This document shows, piece by piece, positions 19,501-28,469 of a DNA stretch of 64,000 nt. Origin of the DNA: Bacillota bacterium (GTDB lineage Bacteria; Bacillota; JAAYKD01); contig DAINOJ010000013.1 in the NCBI GenBank assembly GCA_036744005.1, positions 10 through 64,009 on the forward strand, written 5' to 3'. Within the stretch, counting starts at the first letter, position 1. Each line of letters opens with the position of its first letter. The notes beneath the pieces were generated by a model. It saw only the letters and a list, made by a program, of their open reading frames with translations. It was not told the DNA's origin and did not search any database. The position numbers were made by a program, and so were the translations under genes.

Positions 19501-20052
19501 TTTGCTTCGATCCAAAGCACGAATGAGAAAATTAGAGAAGTTGCTGCTATCATTGCCATGAAAAAGCCCTATAATAGAATAAAGGACTTATCTGAATTGA
19601 TGCAGAGCATAAAAGTTGCATATGAGTCCTTGCTCAAGCAAAAGAAAGACGAAGTTCTGGGCATCATACAGCAATGTATGGGGGACATCCACACACTGGC
19701 AGGAGCCGGTAACAAGGTAAAAAATGAAGTAAATCAGTCAGATGAGCGATTCGTTGATTACAAACAAAGAACGAACAAAGCTACTAGTCTCACCATGTTG
19801 GATGCAATGGTCACGCAAATGCTCAACTATAAGGACCATATATGTAGAAGAATGGAAGCAATGATAAGTGTAGAAGCCCCTGTTAAACCTGGAGAGACGT
19901 TACAGAAGCTTAGGATTTCGCAAGTACGCCGCTATGAAATTTTCCCAACCAAACGACTGACCACACAAGCAGAGGTCGACACCTACCTTGAATCGATACG
20001 GAAAAAGCTAATCGAGATTTTACAAGCGAATGACGGAATCCAAATAACCTAG
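16534..20052 (+). CDS. brxC: BREX P-loop ATPase BrxC
   Basis: WISGFFGSGKSH Walker A, VDEVGQY Walker B, KIQGRF, YPFVPYQ. Confidence 0.95.
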   Translation: MKIQNMFKKDINRDINGVIKVAQDDEQSLIQELSEYIITKELRRLFETFFHNYTKAIDHPTDKIGVWISGFFGSGKSHFLKMLSYLLSNPEVDKKSTISFFKDKFEDPMMYASIVRCTNIPTESILFNIDIEGPIKKDKTAVLRVFTKVFYNHLGFYGEDLKIAKLERFIEKKGLTETFRKVFEQINGSPWTEARASYAFFEDDIVTVLQRTLDMSETAARNWFNGEENQDMSIKQLVEEIKEYVDSKGKDFRLLFCVDEVGQYIGDDSDLMINLQSIVEEVGSKCQGKVWVMVTSQEAIDSVVKISGDDFSKIQGRFNTRLSLSSASVDEVIKKRILEKTEDAEALLRMVYDREHAVLKNLFTFNESVLDIKGYADSAEFTSTYPFVPYQFIIIQKVLAEIRKHGNAGRHLSGGERSMLSGFQEAAQKIQNKDENALVSFSQFYDTVHTFLESPIRRVIDRCQTAADKHDGLEQRDVRVLKLLYLIRYIDDFKANIDNISTLMIEDIRTDKITLRREIAESLERLVRQNYVARHGDSYSFLTDEEQDVATDIRNTPVDTATIVQSIGQTIFNEIYSSKKFKYNKYDFSYDQYIDEYMIGTASGGVRLRLVTVVSDYYNAPEAKLIMDSKINNEAIVVLSGETHYFEELETAAKIRKYIKQKNVSQLPESIQDIIRKRQAQARVLEESARTQIDKAIVGSSFFIHGEKAEIKYGDAKSKLDEALKQLIDSVYSKLSQVNTFSDSDADILTILNSSPQQIGFSGTGSNNEYALNEISQWLEDRYLSHVPVSMGDVHRRYQAIPHGWREIDIAALVARLIVAQRIEIRYGGAAVSKEDKNIVRYLRAKSEIDKASVSRRISPSEDDMRKVVKFLRDWLGKMNIPEDEDGLLYYIKETFNTKLAHYENLLVEYNHFNYPEKDVVLKAQALIVEIFSQRSDNVALLKKLLVKQDDLRDITDDMEDIETFFRSQRDIFDSAQKLYASLQNELDYFASIQSTNEKIREVAAIIAMKKPYNRIKDLSELMQSIKVAYESLLKQKKDEVLGIIQQCMGDIHTLAGAGNKVKNEVNQSDERFVDYKQRTNKATSLTMLDAMVTQMLNYKDHICRRMEAMISVEAPVKPGETLQKLRISQVRRYEIFPTKRLTTQAEVDTYLESIRKKLIEILQANDGIQIT

Positions 20053-20064
20053 AGGAAGTGAACC

Positions 20065-23000
20065 ATGAATAAGAGTGCAATTCAAAAATATGCGATTTGG
20101 GCACGCAACGAACTGATTGACCAAGTGAAGCAGCGTGCTTACCAATATGGAATCAGTGAAAAAGGATACGGCAACGAGCGTGAAGTCGTTATCTCTGGTC
20201 GTGTATTGACAGAGGAAGAACAGCGACAACGTCAAGCTTTTGTTGTACAAATCCAAAAGCAAGGTTACCAGCAAGCTGTTGAAGAAGTAGCTTATACTTG
20301 GTTTAACCGTTTTGTTGCCTTGCGTTTTATGGAAGTGAACGATTATCTACCAACCCATGTCCGTGTGTTTTCGGATGCGAGTGGAAATTTCAATCCTGAA
20401 ATTCTGAAAGATGCTCTGCATCTTGACTTACAGGGTTTAGACAAAGCAAAAGTATCTGACCTGTTGAACGCCAATAAAACAGAAGAGCTCTATCGATATC
20501 TTCTTCTGACTCAGTGTAACACTCTTAACGAGGCGTTACCGGAAATGTTTGAACGGTTAGGTAACTATACTGAGATGCTTCTGCCAAACAATATACTTAA
20601 GGCAGATAGTGTTTTAGGGAGGCTTGTCTCCGATATCACAGAAGATGATTTTCGAGATGCGGTCCAGATAATAGGCTGGATGTATCAGTACTACAATACA
20701 GAACCTAAGCAAGCAGTGTTCGATGGTTTGAAGAAAAATATTAAAATCACCAAAGAGAAAATCCCTGCTGCCACGCAACTCTTTACACCGGACTGGATTG
20801 TTCGATACATGGTGGAGAACTCTCTCGGTAGGTTGTGGTTGGAGTCACATCCGAATGATAAACTTAGAGCTACTTGGAAATACTACCTTGATGAAGCTGA
20901 ACAAACGCCTGAAGTAGCAGAAAAACTGCGTGTCTTGCGTTCGCAGTCTCCTGTGAAGTCACCGGAAGATATAAAGCTAATAGACCCCTGCATGGGCAGT
21001 GGTCATATCTTGGTGTATACCTTTGATGTACTGATGCAAATCTACGAGAGCGAAGGATACAATCCTCGTGATGCTGCAAAGTTGATTTTAAAGAAAAACA
21101 TCTATGGTTTGGACATTGATCGTAGGGCTTACCAGCTCGCGTATTTCTCGCTGATGATGAAAGCACGACAGTATAATCGCCGCATGTTTGCTGAGGATGT
21201 GAAACCGCAGGTTTATTATCCAGCAGGTTGGAGTGAAGGTGAGGAGTATGGTTCGCTTGTAAAAGTTGATACGCTCGAACCCGAACCACAAAGAAAGAAT
21301 ATTCGAGAACAACTTGGTTTCAATGATAATTTCGATCAAGATTTACACGTGTGGAACTTTAAACATCTTTTAACGCAGAGATATGACGTGGTCGTTACCA
21401 ATCCGCCATATATGGGGGGGAATGGAATGAGCCAAAATCTGTCCGAGTTTGTGAAGACTCACTATCCTATCAGCAAGAGTGACCTATTCTCAGCGTTCAT
21501 TGAAAAGTGCATAGATATTACAAATCAAACTGGTTATTGTGGCATGGTTACGATGCAAGCGTGGATGTTTCTATCAAGTTATGAAGTCTTTAGAAAACGA
21601 TTGTTGGCAAAACACACGATTTTTTCACTTGTTCAGATTGGATACAACAGTTTTCCTGAAATCAATTCAAAAGTTGCACTAGCGGTTTCATTAATTTTGA
21701 ATAAAGCACATATCAAGAATTATTATGGTTGCTATCTTGATTTAACAAATAAATATCCACAAGCTTTTAATAAAGAACGAGCCTTTTTTTTGGAAAAGTT
21801 AACTCCTTTTGTCGTTGTTGCAGATAGGTTTATGAAGATACCTAATAGCCCCTTGGCATATTGGGTAAGTGAAGATATGCTGAAAGTATTCGAAAAGGGA
21901 ATCCCGTTAGGGAGTATTGCTGATTCCAAACAGGGATTAGCTACAACAGACAACAAGAAATATTTGCGGTTGTGGCACGAGGTTTCCGAAAACAGGATTG
22001 GTTTTGGTTTATCAAATGTTATTGAAGCGTCAAAAAGCAGGTCAAAATGGTTCCCTTATAATAAGGGAGGTGACTTTAGAAAATGGTATGGTAATGATGA
22101 GTATGTAGTGAACTACTCATGCGATGGAGCAGATATAAAAGCTGATGTTCTAAAAAAATACCCATACTTAAAAACTCCTGATTTTGTTGTTAAAAATACT
22201 CAGTATTATTTCAGAAGATGCATAAGTTGGTCCCTTGTATCCTCGGGAGCAGCATCGTTTCGCTATAAACCGCAAGGATTCATATTTGATGTAGCCGGTA
22301 TGAGTTTTTTTGCTAATGACCATATACTGTATCTGCTAGCTCTTAGTAACACGAAAATAACACTTAAATTCTTAAGTATACTTGCGGCAACAATTAATTA
22401 TCAATGTGGTGATATAGCAAATATTCCGGTTATTATAAATAACTCAAGAAAGCCAAGAATTGAAGATCTAGTTAACATTAACATCAATATTTGCAGAGAC
22501 GAGTGGGATTCCTTCGAAACCTCATGGGATTTTAGACGGCATCCTTTAGTAATTACAGGGAATTTTTTCAAAGGTGGTAAACTAGAACCGAATAAACCTA
22601 TCCCTACAGTACCTCTAAATGTTATGTCATATGGAACCGTGACAGATAAAATATCCATTGCTTTTAATCACTGGGAGGCTTTTGCGGAGTATAGATTCAG
22701 CACCCTCAAAGCCAACGAGGAAGAGCTCAATCGTATCTTCATCGACATCTACAGACTGCAAGACGAACTCACAACTGAGGTTGAGGACAAGGATGTGACT
22801 GTGCGCCGTGCTGACTTGGGGCGAGACATTCGTAGTTTCATCAGTTATTCAGTCGGTTGTATGTTTGGACGCTATTCACTCGATGAAGAAGGGTTGACCT
22901 ATGCAGGTGGAGATTGGGACTCGAGCAAATATAACACATTCATCCCCGACAAGGATAATGTTTTACCCATATGTGATGATGAGTATTTCGATGATGATAT

Positions 23001-23523
23001 TGTTGGACGATTTGTTGAGTTCACACGCGTAGTTTACGGTGCAGAAACCTTAGAGGAAAACTTGAAGTTCATCGCTGATGCACTCGGTGGTAAGGGTACA
23101 TCTCGTGAAGTGATTCGCAACTACTTCCTAAATGGCTTCTATGCTGATCATTGTAAGATTTATCAGAAACGCCCAATCTACTGGTTGTTTGACAGCGGTA
23201 AGAAGAACGGTTTTAAAGCGCTCATCTATCTACATCGGTATTCTTCAGATCTTCTTGCTAAGTTACGGGTCGATTACGTTCACGAACAACAGGAACGATA
23301 TCGAACGCAGCTATCACATATTGATTCTGCTTTAAACGCAGCTACGGGCTCGGAACGAGCTCGGCTGTTAAAACAACAAGATGAATTGTCGGAGCAGCTT
23401 AAGGAAATCACTGCTTTTGAAGAGAAGATTCATCACCTAGCAGATCAAAACATTGAGATAGACCTTGACGATGGTGTTAAAGTAAATTACGCTAAATTTC
23501 CAGATGTTTTGGCGAAAATATAA
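20065..23523 (+). CDS. pglX: BREX-1 adenine methyltransferase PglX
   Basis: AYTWFNR, TQLFTPDWIVRYMVENSLG, DPCMGSGH, TNPPY, KRPIYW, DDGVKVNY. Confidence 0.96.
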   Translation: MNKSAIQKYAIWARNELIDQVKQRAYQYGISEKGYGNEREVVISGRVLTEEEQRQRQAFVVQIQKQGYQQAVEEVAYTWFNRFVALRFMEVNDYLPTHVRVFSDASGNFNPEILKDALHLDLQGLDKAKVSDLLNANKTEELYRYLLLTQCNTLNEALPEMFERLGNYTEMLLPNNILKADSVLGRLVSDITEDDFRDAVQIIGWMYQYYNTEPKQAVFDGLKKNIKITKEKIPAATQLFTPDWIVRYMVENSLGRLWLESHPNDKLRATWKYYLDEAEQTPEVAEKLRVLRSQSPVKSPEDIKLIDPCMGSGHILVYTFDVLMQIYESEGYNPRDAAKLILKKNIYGLDIDRRAYQLAYFSLMMKARQYNRRMFAEDVKPQVYYPAGWSEGEEYGSLVKVDTLEPEPQRKNIREQLGFNDNFDQDLHVWNFKHLLTQRYDVVVTNPPYMGGNGMSQNLSEFVKTHYPISKSDLFSAFIEKCIDITNQTGYCGMVTMQAWMFLSSYEVFRKRLLAKHTIFSLVQIGYNSFPEINSKVALAVSLILNKAHIKNYYGCYLDLTNKYPQAFNKERAFFLEKLTPFVVVADRFMKIPNSPLAYWVSEDMLKVFEKGIPLGSIADSKQGLATTDNKKYLRLWHEVSENRIGFGLSNVIEASKSRSKWFPYNKGGDFRKWYGNDEYVVNYSCDGADIKADVLKKYPYLKTPDFVVKNTQYYFRRCISWSLVSSGAASFRYKPQGFIFDVAGMSFFANDHILYLLALSNTKITLKFLSILAATINYQCGDIANIPVIINNSRKPRIEDLVNININICRDEWDSFETSWDFRRHPLVITGNFFKGGKLEPNKPIPTVPLNVMSYGTVTDKISIAFNHWEAFAEYRFSTLKANEEELNRIFIDIYRLQDELTTEVEDKDVTVRRADLGRDIRSFISYSVGCMFGRYSLDEEGLTYAGGDWDSSKYNTFIPDKDNVLPICDDEYFDDDIVGRFVEFTRVVYGAETLEENLKFIADALGGKGTSREVIRNYFLNGFYADHCKIYQKRPIYWLFDSGKKNGFKALIYLHRYSSDLLAKLRVDYVHEQQERYRTQLSHIDSALNAATGSERARLLKQQDELSEQLKEITAFEEKIHHLADQNIEIDLDDGVKVNYAKFPDVLAKI

Positions 23524-23531
23524 GGAGGAAC

Positions 23532-26129
23532 ATGATGCTGTCAGAAACGATAAAGACGAGAATTGCGGAACGATTCGCTGCACCTCTACCTGAATTCCAT
23601 AAACGCCGCATCGTTTTCTGGCAGGATGAGGACGGTGAGTTTTTAGATGCGTTTAATGAGCTTGAATTGCCCAATGTTAGTAAAGTAAATCTCACCGGTA
23701 CCAATAACTTTGCTGTAAAGAAGCTGCTCTCAGCAGATGACTTGATAGGAGACTATCTGATATATGATTCATTGTCCTATGACAAAGATTTACACGATGA
23801 CTGGCTACTGGACATCAAGTTATACAGTGGTGAACCGTTTCGTGCTGATATGGTCTCGCTCCAAATGGAGGAGTTATTGGTAGAACAGACCACTGCGATG
23901 CGCAAAACAATGAAGCTGTATGGAAAATTTCTTGCGAATAAAGAACGTAAAGAGAAGTTACAACGCATAGGGAGGACCTACCAAGCCCCGCTCCAACTGC
24001 ATATTGACATCATGGCAGTATTGTGTGGGTTAAATGGTGGATCAGCCCAAGACATCATCATTGCCGTATTGTCATCAGATCTAAACAAAGAAACAAATGA
24101 GTTGTTAATCAATATTGAGAAGTTTGGCAATATTGAAGCATTTTGGCAGCTTGTACAGAAGTACACCGGCTTTATGTATTCGGAGGATCGCTCCCTCCTT
24201 GATCTTGCAGCACACATCCTGATTACTGCTTTATCACAAACATTGCCCAGTTCTTATTTGCGCGGCCTAGAGAGGTATATTTCGGATTCCAGCAAAGCGT
24301 ACTGTTATCAGCTCGTTCACGAATGGCAACGTAGCAGTGGAAGTAACGATTTAGAAGAGATTAGTCGTTATGTGGAACAAGAATTACGTCTTACAGAACG
24401 GTTTGATAAAATAGATATTCAAGTCCTTATAAAGAGTGATACGTTTCCAGCGATTAACGAAAGCATCTTGAAGCGGTTCTTTGATGAAATCGGAGGTAAC
24501 ATCATTAAAGTGGAAGATATTTTCCGAGTCGTGGAGAATAGACGAACCTCAGCTTGGTATTCTTTGACCGAAAAATATCATGAGAGTCTCTATTACATAG
24601 CCAGGATGCAAGAATTTTACTTGGCTCATATTGAAGGCTTCCACTTTGTTGAACCCACAAAGCTTTGGAAGCTGTATCTAACCGACGCTTTTGAAATGGA
24701 CAGTCATTATCGGCATTTCCAACTCAATTTTGGTCATACCCTAAAAAATCCAACTCCTCTATTAGAGGACTCTTTGAAGAAGTGTTGTGATGTAGTTGAA
24801 AATTTATATTGCGAGTGGTTTTTAAAGCAGCTGACAATGGCATGGACCAAAGCCATAGCAAGTGACTTGGCTTCGCTTGGGTATATATCGGAAATTACGG
24901 AACAACGGAGATTCTACAACCGCTTTGTTTACCCCAATGCCAGAAAGGGGAACCGCGTGTTTGTAGTGATTTCCGATGCTTTGCGCTATGAAGTTGCTGC
25001 GGAGCTTACCGAAACCCTTGGTCATGCCACGAAGGGCAAAGCGACTCTTGATGCAATTCAAAGTATCTTTCCAAGCGTCACCAAATTCGGAATGGCAGCA
25101 CTTTTACCCGGTAATGAGATATCGGTAAACGAAAAACTCGATGTATTTGTGGATGGGAATCCGACGGTTAGTACACAACAACGGGGTATGATATTGTGCG
25201 AAGCAAACCCAGCGAGTGTAGCGGTGACTTATAAAGAGTTAATTCAGATGAAGAGCCCGGAACGGCGTGAATTGGTGGCGAACAAAGATATTGTCTATAT
25301 TTATCACAATACAATTGATGCAACTGGTGATAAAGCTGCTACTGAAGTGAAAGTGTTTGAGGCATGCAATGATGCGATTGAAGAACTGACCGCTCTCGTG
25401 AAGCTAATTGCTAACGATTTGAGCGGAAGCAATATTTTCATCACAGCGGATCATGGCTTCCTTTACACTTACAAACCTCTTGAAGAGAGCCAGAAAATCA
25501 GTCGCCAAACATTTAGTGGTGAATTATTAGAGCTTGGTCGACGCTATGCGCTCGTAACCCCTGAAACAAAGGCAGACTATTTATTGCCTGTTAATACGGA
25601 ACGAACTTTACATGGGACACCCATGAAAGGGTATGCCCCCCAAGATACCGTGCGCATTAAAGTTCAGGGTGGAGGAGAGAACTACGTACATGGAGGAATC
25701 AGCTTACAGGAGATGGTTGTTCCGGTCATTACTTACAAGGCTTTGCGAGCAGGTTCGAAAACATATGTTGAAGTGCAGAACCCAGGTTTATCGCTCATTT
25801 CTGAAAGTCGGAAAATTTCTAACCTCATGTTCTCACTGGATTTCCTGCAGAAACAACCAATAGGTGAAAAGGTTCAACCGTGCAGTTATAACTTGCATTT
25901 CACCGATGAAACGGGGGTTCCTGTTAGTGACTTGCAGAAGGTGATCGCCGATAGAACGAGCACCAATGCTTCGGAACGAGTATACCGTGTAAGGTTTGCA
26001 TTGAAGCAAATGAAGTACAATAGAAACAAGATTTATCGACTTGTCATTAGTAACAATATCGATGTTCCCGAAGAAGTGGAGTTTATCATCGATATCGCAT
26101 TTGCAGATGAGTTCGGTTTCGAATTGTAA
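23532..26129 (+). CDS. pglZ: BREX-1 phosphatase PglZ
   Basis: VISDALRYE, PSVTKFGMAALLP, ITADHGF, YVHGGISLQE. Confidence 0.95.
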   Translation: MMLSETIKTRIAERFAAPLPEFHKRRIVFWQDEDGEFLDAFNELELPNVSKVNLTGTNNFAVKKLLSADDLIGDYLIYDSLSYDKDLHDDWLLDIKLYSGEPFRADMVSLQMEELLVEQTTAMRKTMKLYGKFLANKERKEKLQRIGRTYQAPLQLHIDIMAVLCGLNGGSAQDIIIAVLSSDLNKETNELLINIEKFGNIEAFWQLVQKYTGFMYSEDRSLLDLAAHILITALSQTLPSSYLRGLERYISDSSKAYCYQLVHEWQRSSGSNDLEEISRYVEQELRLTERFDKIDIQVLIKSDTFPAINESILKRFFDEIGGNIIKVEDIFRVVENRRTSAWYSLTEKYHESLYYIARMQEFYLAHIEGFHFVEPTKLWKLYLTDAFEMDSHYRHFQLNFGHTLKNPTPLLEDSLKKCCDVVENLYCEWFLKQLTMAWTKAIASDLASLGYISEITEQRRFYNRFVYPNARKGNRVFVVISDALRYEVAAELTETLGHATKGKATLDAIQSIFPSVTKFGMAALLPGNEISVNEKLDVFVDGNPTVSTQQRGMILCEANPASVAVTYKELIQMKSPERRELVANKDIVYIYHNTIDATGDKAATEVKVFEACNDAIEELTALVKLIANDLSGSNIFITADHGFLYTYKPLEESQKISRQTFSGELLELGRRYALVTPETKADYLLPVNTERTLHGTPMKGYAPQDTVRIKVQGGGENYVHGGISLQEMVVPVITYKALRAGSKTYVEVQNPGLSLISESRKISNLMFSLDFLQKQPIGEKVQPCSYNLHFTDETGVPVSDLQKVIADRTSTNASERVYRVRFALKQMKYNRNKIYRLVISNNIDVPEEVEFIIDIAFADEFGFEL

Positions 26130-26147
26130 GGAAAGGAGGGTTCTGCT

Positions 26148-28223
26148 ATGTCCTCAGAAATAACGCAATACACAACGGAAACAGATGATAAGAATGCAAT
26201 CATCAATAAGAAACTGCGTAAGTATTTTGATGGAAGAATTGTCCGCAAAGATCTGACGAAGGCAATTAAAGAAGGGGCCAATGTGCCTGTCTATGTTTTG
26301 GAGTTTTTACTGGGTCAGTATTGCTCTACCGATGACCCGCAAATCGTTGAGGAAGGCATGAAAAACGTTAAGAGAATCCTCTCAGAAAACTTTGTACGAC
26401 CGGATGAGTCGCAAAAAGTATTATCGAGCTTGCGTGAACGAGGTAGTTATACGGTCATTGATCGCATAACAGTAAGTTTGAACATTAAATATGACCGTTA
26501 TGAAGCGGATTTTTCGAACCTAGGAATTCGATATATTCCGATCTCCTCGGAGTATGTTTCAAAGTATGACCGTCTGCTATGCGGGGGTATTTGGTGCATT
26601 ATTGGGCTTGAATACGAGTATATTGAAGAAGACAGAAAGTCTACGCCAATCAGTATTGTCAGACTGACCCCCATTCAAATGCCTCATATCGATATGGATG
26701 AAATCAAAGCGGGTCGCCGTGAGTTTACCAAGGATGAGTGGATAACGGTTCTGCTACGTTCTACCGGAATGGAAGCGGATCGTTTCACAACTCGAGAAAA
26801 GTGGTTGCAACTGGCTCGATTACTGCCGCTTATTGAGAACAATTTCAATTTTTGCGAGTTGGGCCCACGCAGCACAGGAAAATCACACTTATACAAAGAG
26901 ATTTCACCAAACAGTATTTTGGTTTCCGGAGGGCAAACCACGGTTGCGAACCTCTTCTATAACATGTCAACAAAGCAAGTTGGGTTAGTTGGGCTTTGGG
27001 ATTGTGTAGCTTTTGATGAAGTTGCAGGCATCACCTTCAAAGATAAAGATGGCATTCAAATCATGAAGGATTACATGGCTTCTGGATCCTTTGCCAGAGG
27101 AAAGGAAGAGAAGGCTGCTTCGGCTTCAATGGTATTTGTGGGGAATATCAATCAAAGTGTAGAGGTTCTCTTAAAAACATCGCATCTCTTTGATCCATTC
27201 CCTGAAGCAATAGCCTACGATACGGCCTTTCTAGACCGAATGCATTGTTATATACCCGGTTGGGAGGTCCCAAAATATCGCCCTGAATCCTTCACCAATG
27301 ATTATGGCTTTATAACGGACTACCTTGCTGAATTCATGCGCGAGATGCGTAAAGAGCCGTTTGGTGATGTGAGTGACCGTTTCTTCCGCTTTGGAAACAA
27401 TCTGAATCAGCGAGATGTGATTGCTGTACGCAAAATTGTGTCCGCTTTTACGAAGCTGCTTTATCCTCATGGAGAATTTAGCAAAGAAGAGATCGCCGAG
27501 ATTTTAGTCTTTGCATTGGAGATGCGTCGACGCGTCAAAGAGCAAATGAAGAAAATCGGCGGAATGGAATTTTACGATGTGAATTTTTCTTATATCGACA
27601 ATGAAACCTTTGAGCAGCACTACATTTCGGTTCCTGAGCAGGGTGGGGGTAAGATCATACCTGAAGGGCTAAGCAATCCAGGTAATGTGTATACAGTATC
27701 ACAAGGCAAGAGCGGCATGATTGGAGTTTATCGACTTGAAACACAAATGCTACCCGGAAACGGAAAATTTGAGCGTACTGGCCTAGGGTCCGACCGTGAA
27801 GCTAGGGAAGCGACCAACTCAGCGTTTAACTACTTGAAAGCAAGCAGTCATTTAATAAGCGGCCAACTCAGCACAACAACCAAAGACTATATCATCAGTT
27901 ACCAAGATCTGAACGGAATTGGAATGACCAAACTATTGACACTGCCTTCGGTTATTGCCATTGCCTCTTGTGCTCTCAACAAACCGACGCTTTCCGGTCT
28001 TGCTGTGCTGGGCGAAATCAGTATTAGTGGCACAATTCTAAAGGTTGAGGAACTTGCTAGCGTTTTGCAAGTGTGTCTCAACGCCGGAGCAAAAAAGGTG
28101 CTCATACCCATAACATCTGCTGCGGAAATCGGGGCAGTTCCTGCAGAATTGATAGGTGCTTTCAGCTTGATTTTTTATGCTACCCCACAAGAAGCTGTGT
28201 TCAAAGCGTTGGGTGTGGAGTAG
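26148..28223 (+). CDS. brxL: BREX Lon-like protein BrxL
   Basis: GANVPVYVLEFLLG, ELGPRSTGKS, FDEV, C-terminal Lon-like domain. Confidence 0.95.
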   Translation: MSSEITQYTTETDDKNAIINKKLRKYFDGRIVRKDLTKAIKEGANVPVYVLEFLLGQYCSTDDPQIVEEGMKNVKRILSENFVRPDESQKVLSSLRERGSYTVIDRITVSLNIKYDRYEADFSNLGIRYIPISSEYVSKYDRLLCGGIWCIIGLEYEYIEEDRKSTPISIVRLTPIQMPHIDMDEIKAGRREFTKDEWITVLLRSTGMEADRFTTREKWLQLARLLPLIENNFNFCELGPRSTGKSHLYKEISPNSILVSGGQTTVANLFYNMSTKQVGLVGLWDCVAFDEVAGITFKDKDGIQIMKDYMASGSFARGKEEKAASASMVFVGNINQSVEVLLKTSHLFDPFPEAIAYDTAFLDRMHCYIPGWEVPKYRPESFTNDYGFITDYLAEFMREMRKEPFGDVSDRFFRFGNNLNQRDVIAVRKIVSAFTKLLYPHGEFSKEEIAEILVFALEMRRRVKEQMKKIGGMEFYDVNFSYIDNETFEQHYISVPEQGGGKIIPEGLSNPGNVYTVSQGKSGMIGVYRLETQMLPGNGKFERTGLGSDREAREATNSAFNYLKASSHLISGQLSTTTKDYIISYQDLNGIGMTKLLTLPSVIAIASCALNKPTLSGLAVLGEISISGTILKVEELASVLQVCLNAGAKKVLIPITSAAEIGAVPAELIGAFSLIFYATPQEAVFKALGVE

Positions 28224-28469
28224 GAAAATTGGGTCTTCAATGATAATACCTGTTTCATTAGTGAGTTCTTTGGCGGACATGCGCACCGGTTTAGAGTATA
28301 ATTGACGTTGATGAAAAAAGTGAATGCTGACTCATCGAACTTTGAATATTAACTTTCTGGAGGAGAAGATATGCAAGTTCTTCCATTGGTAAATACAAAG
28401 AAGTCATTTCTTTAATGGTCGCTGAATATTGCATTCTTCAAAAAGATTAAAGAATAGGAGACCTGTTGT

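Noticed and set aside
21414-21420. G7 tract after NPPY in pglX as a phase-variation switch
   Set aside because: Short, in frame and simply encodes Met-Gly-Gly; no evidence of slippage
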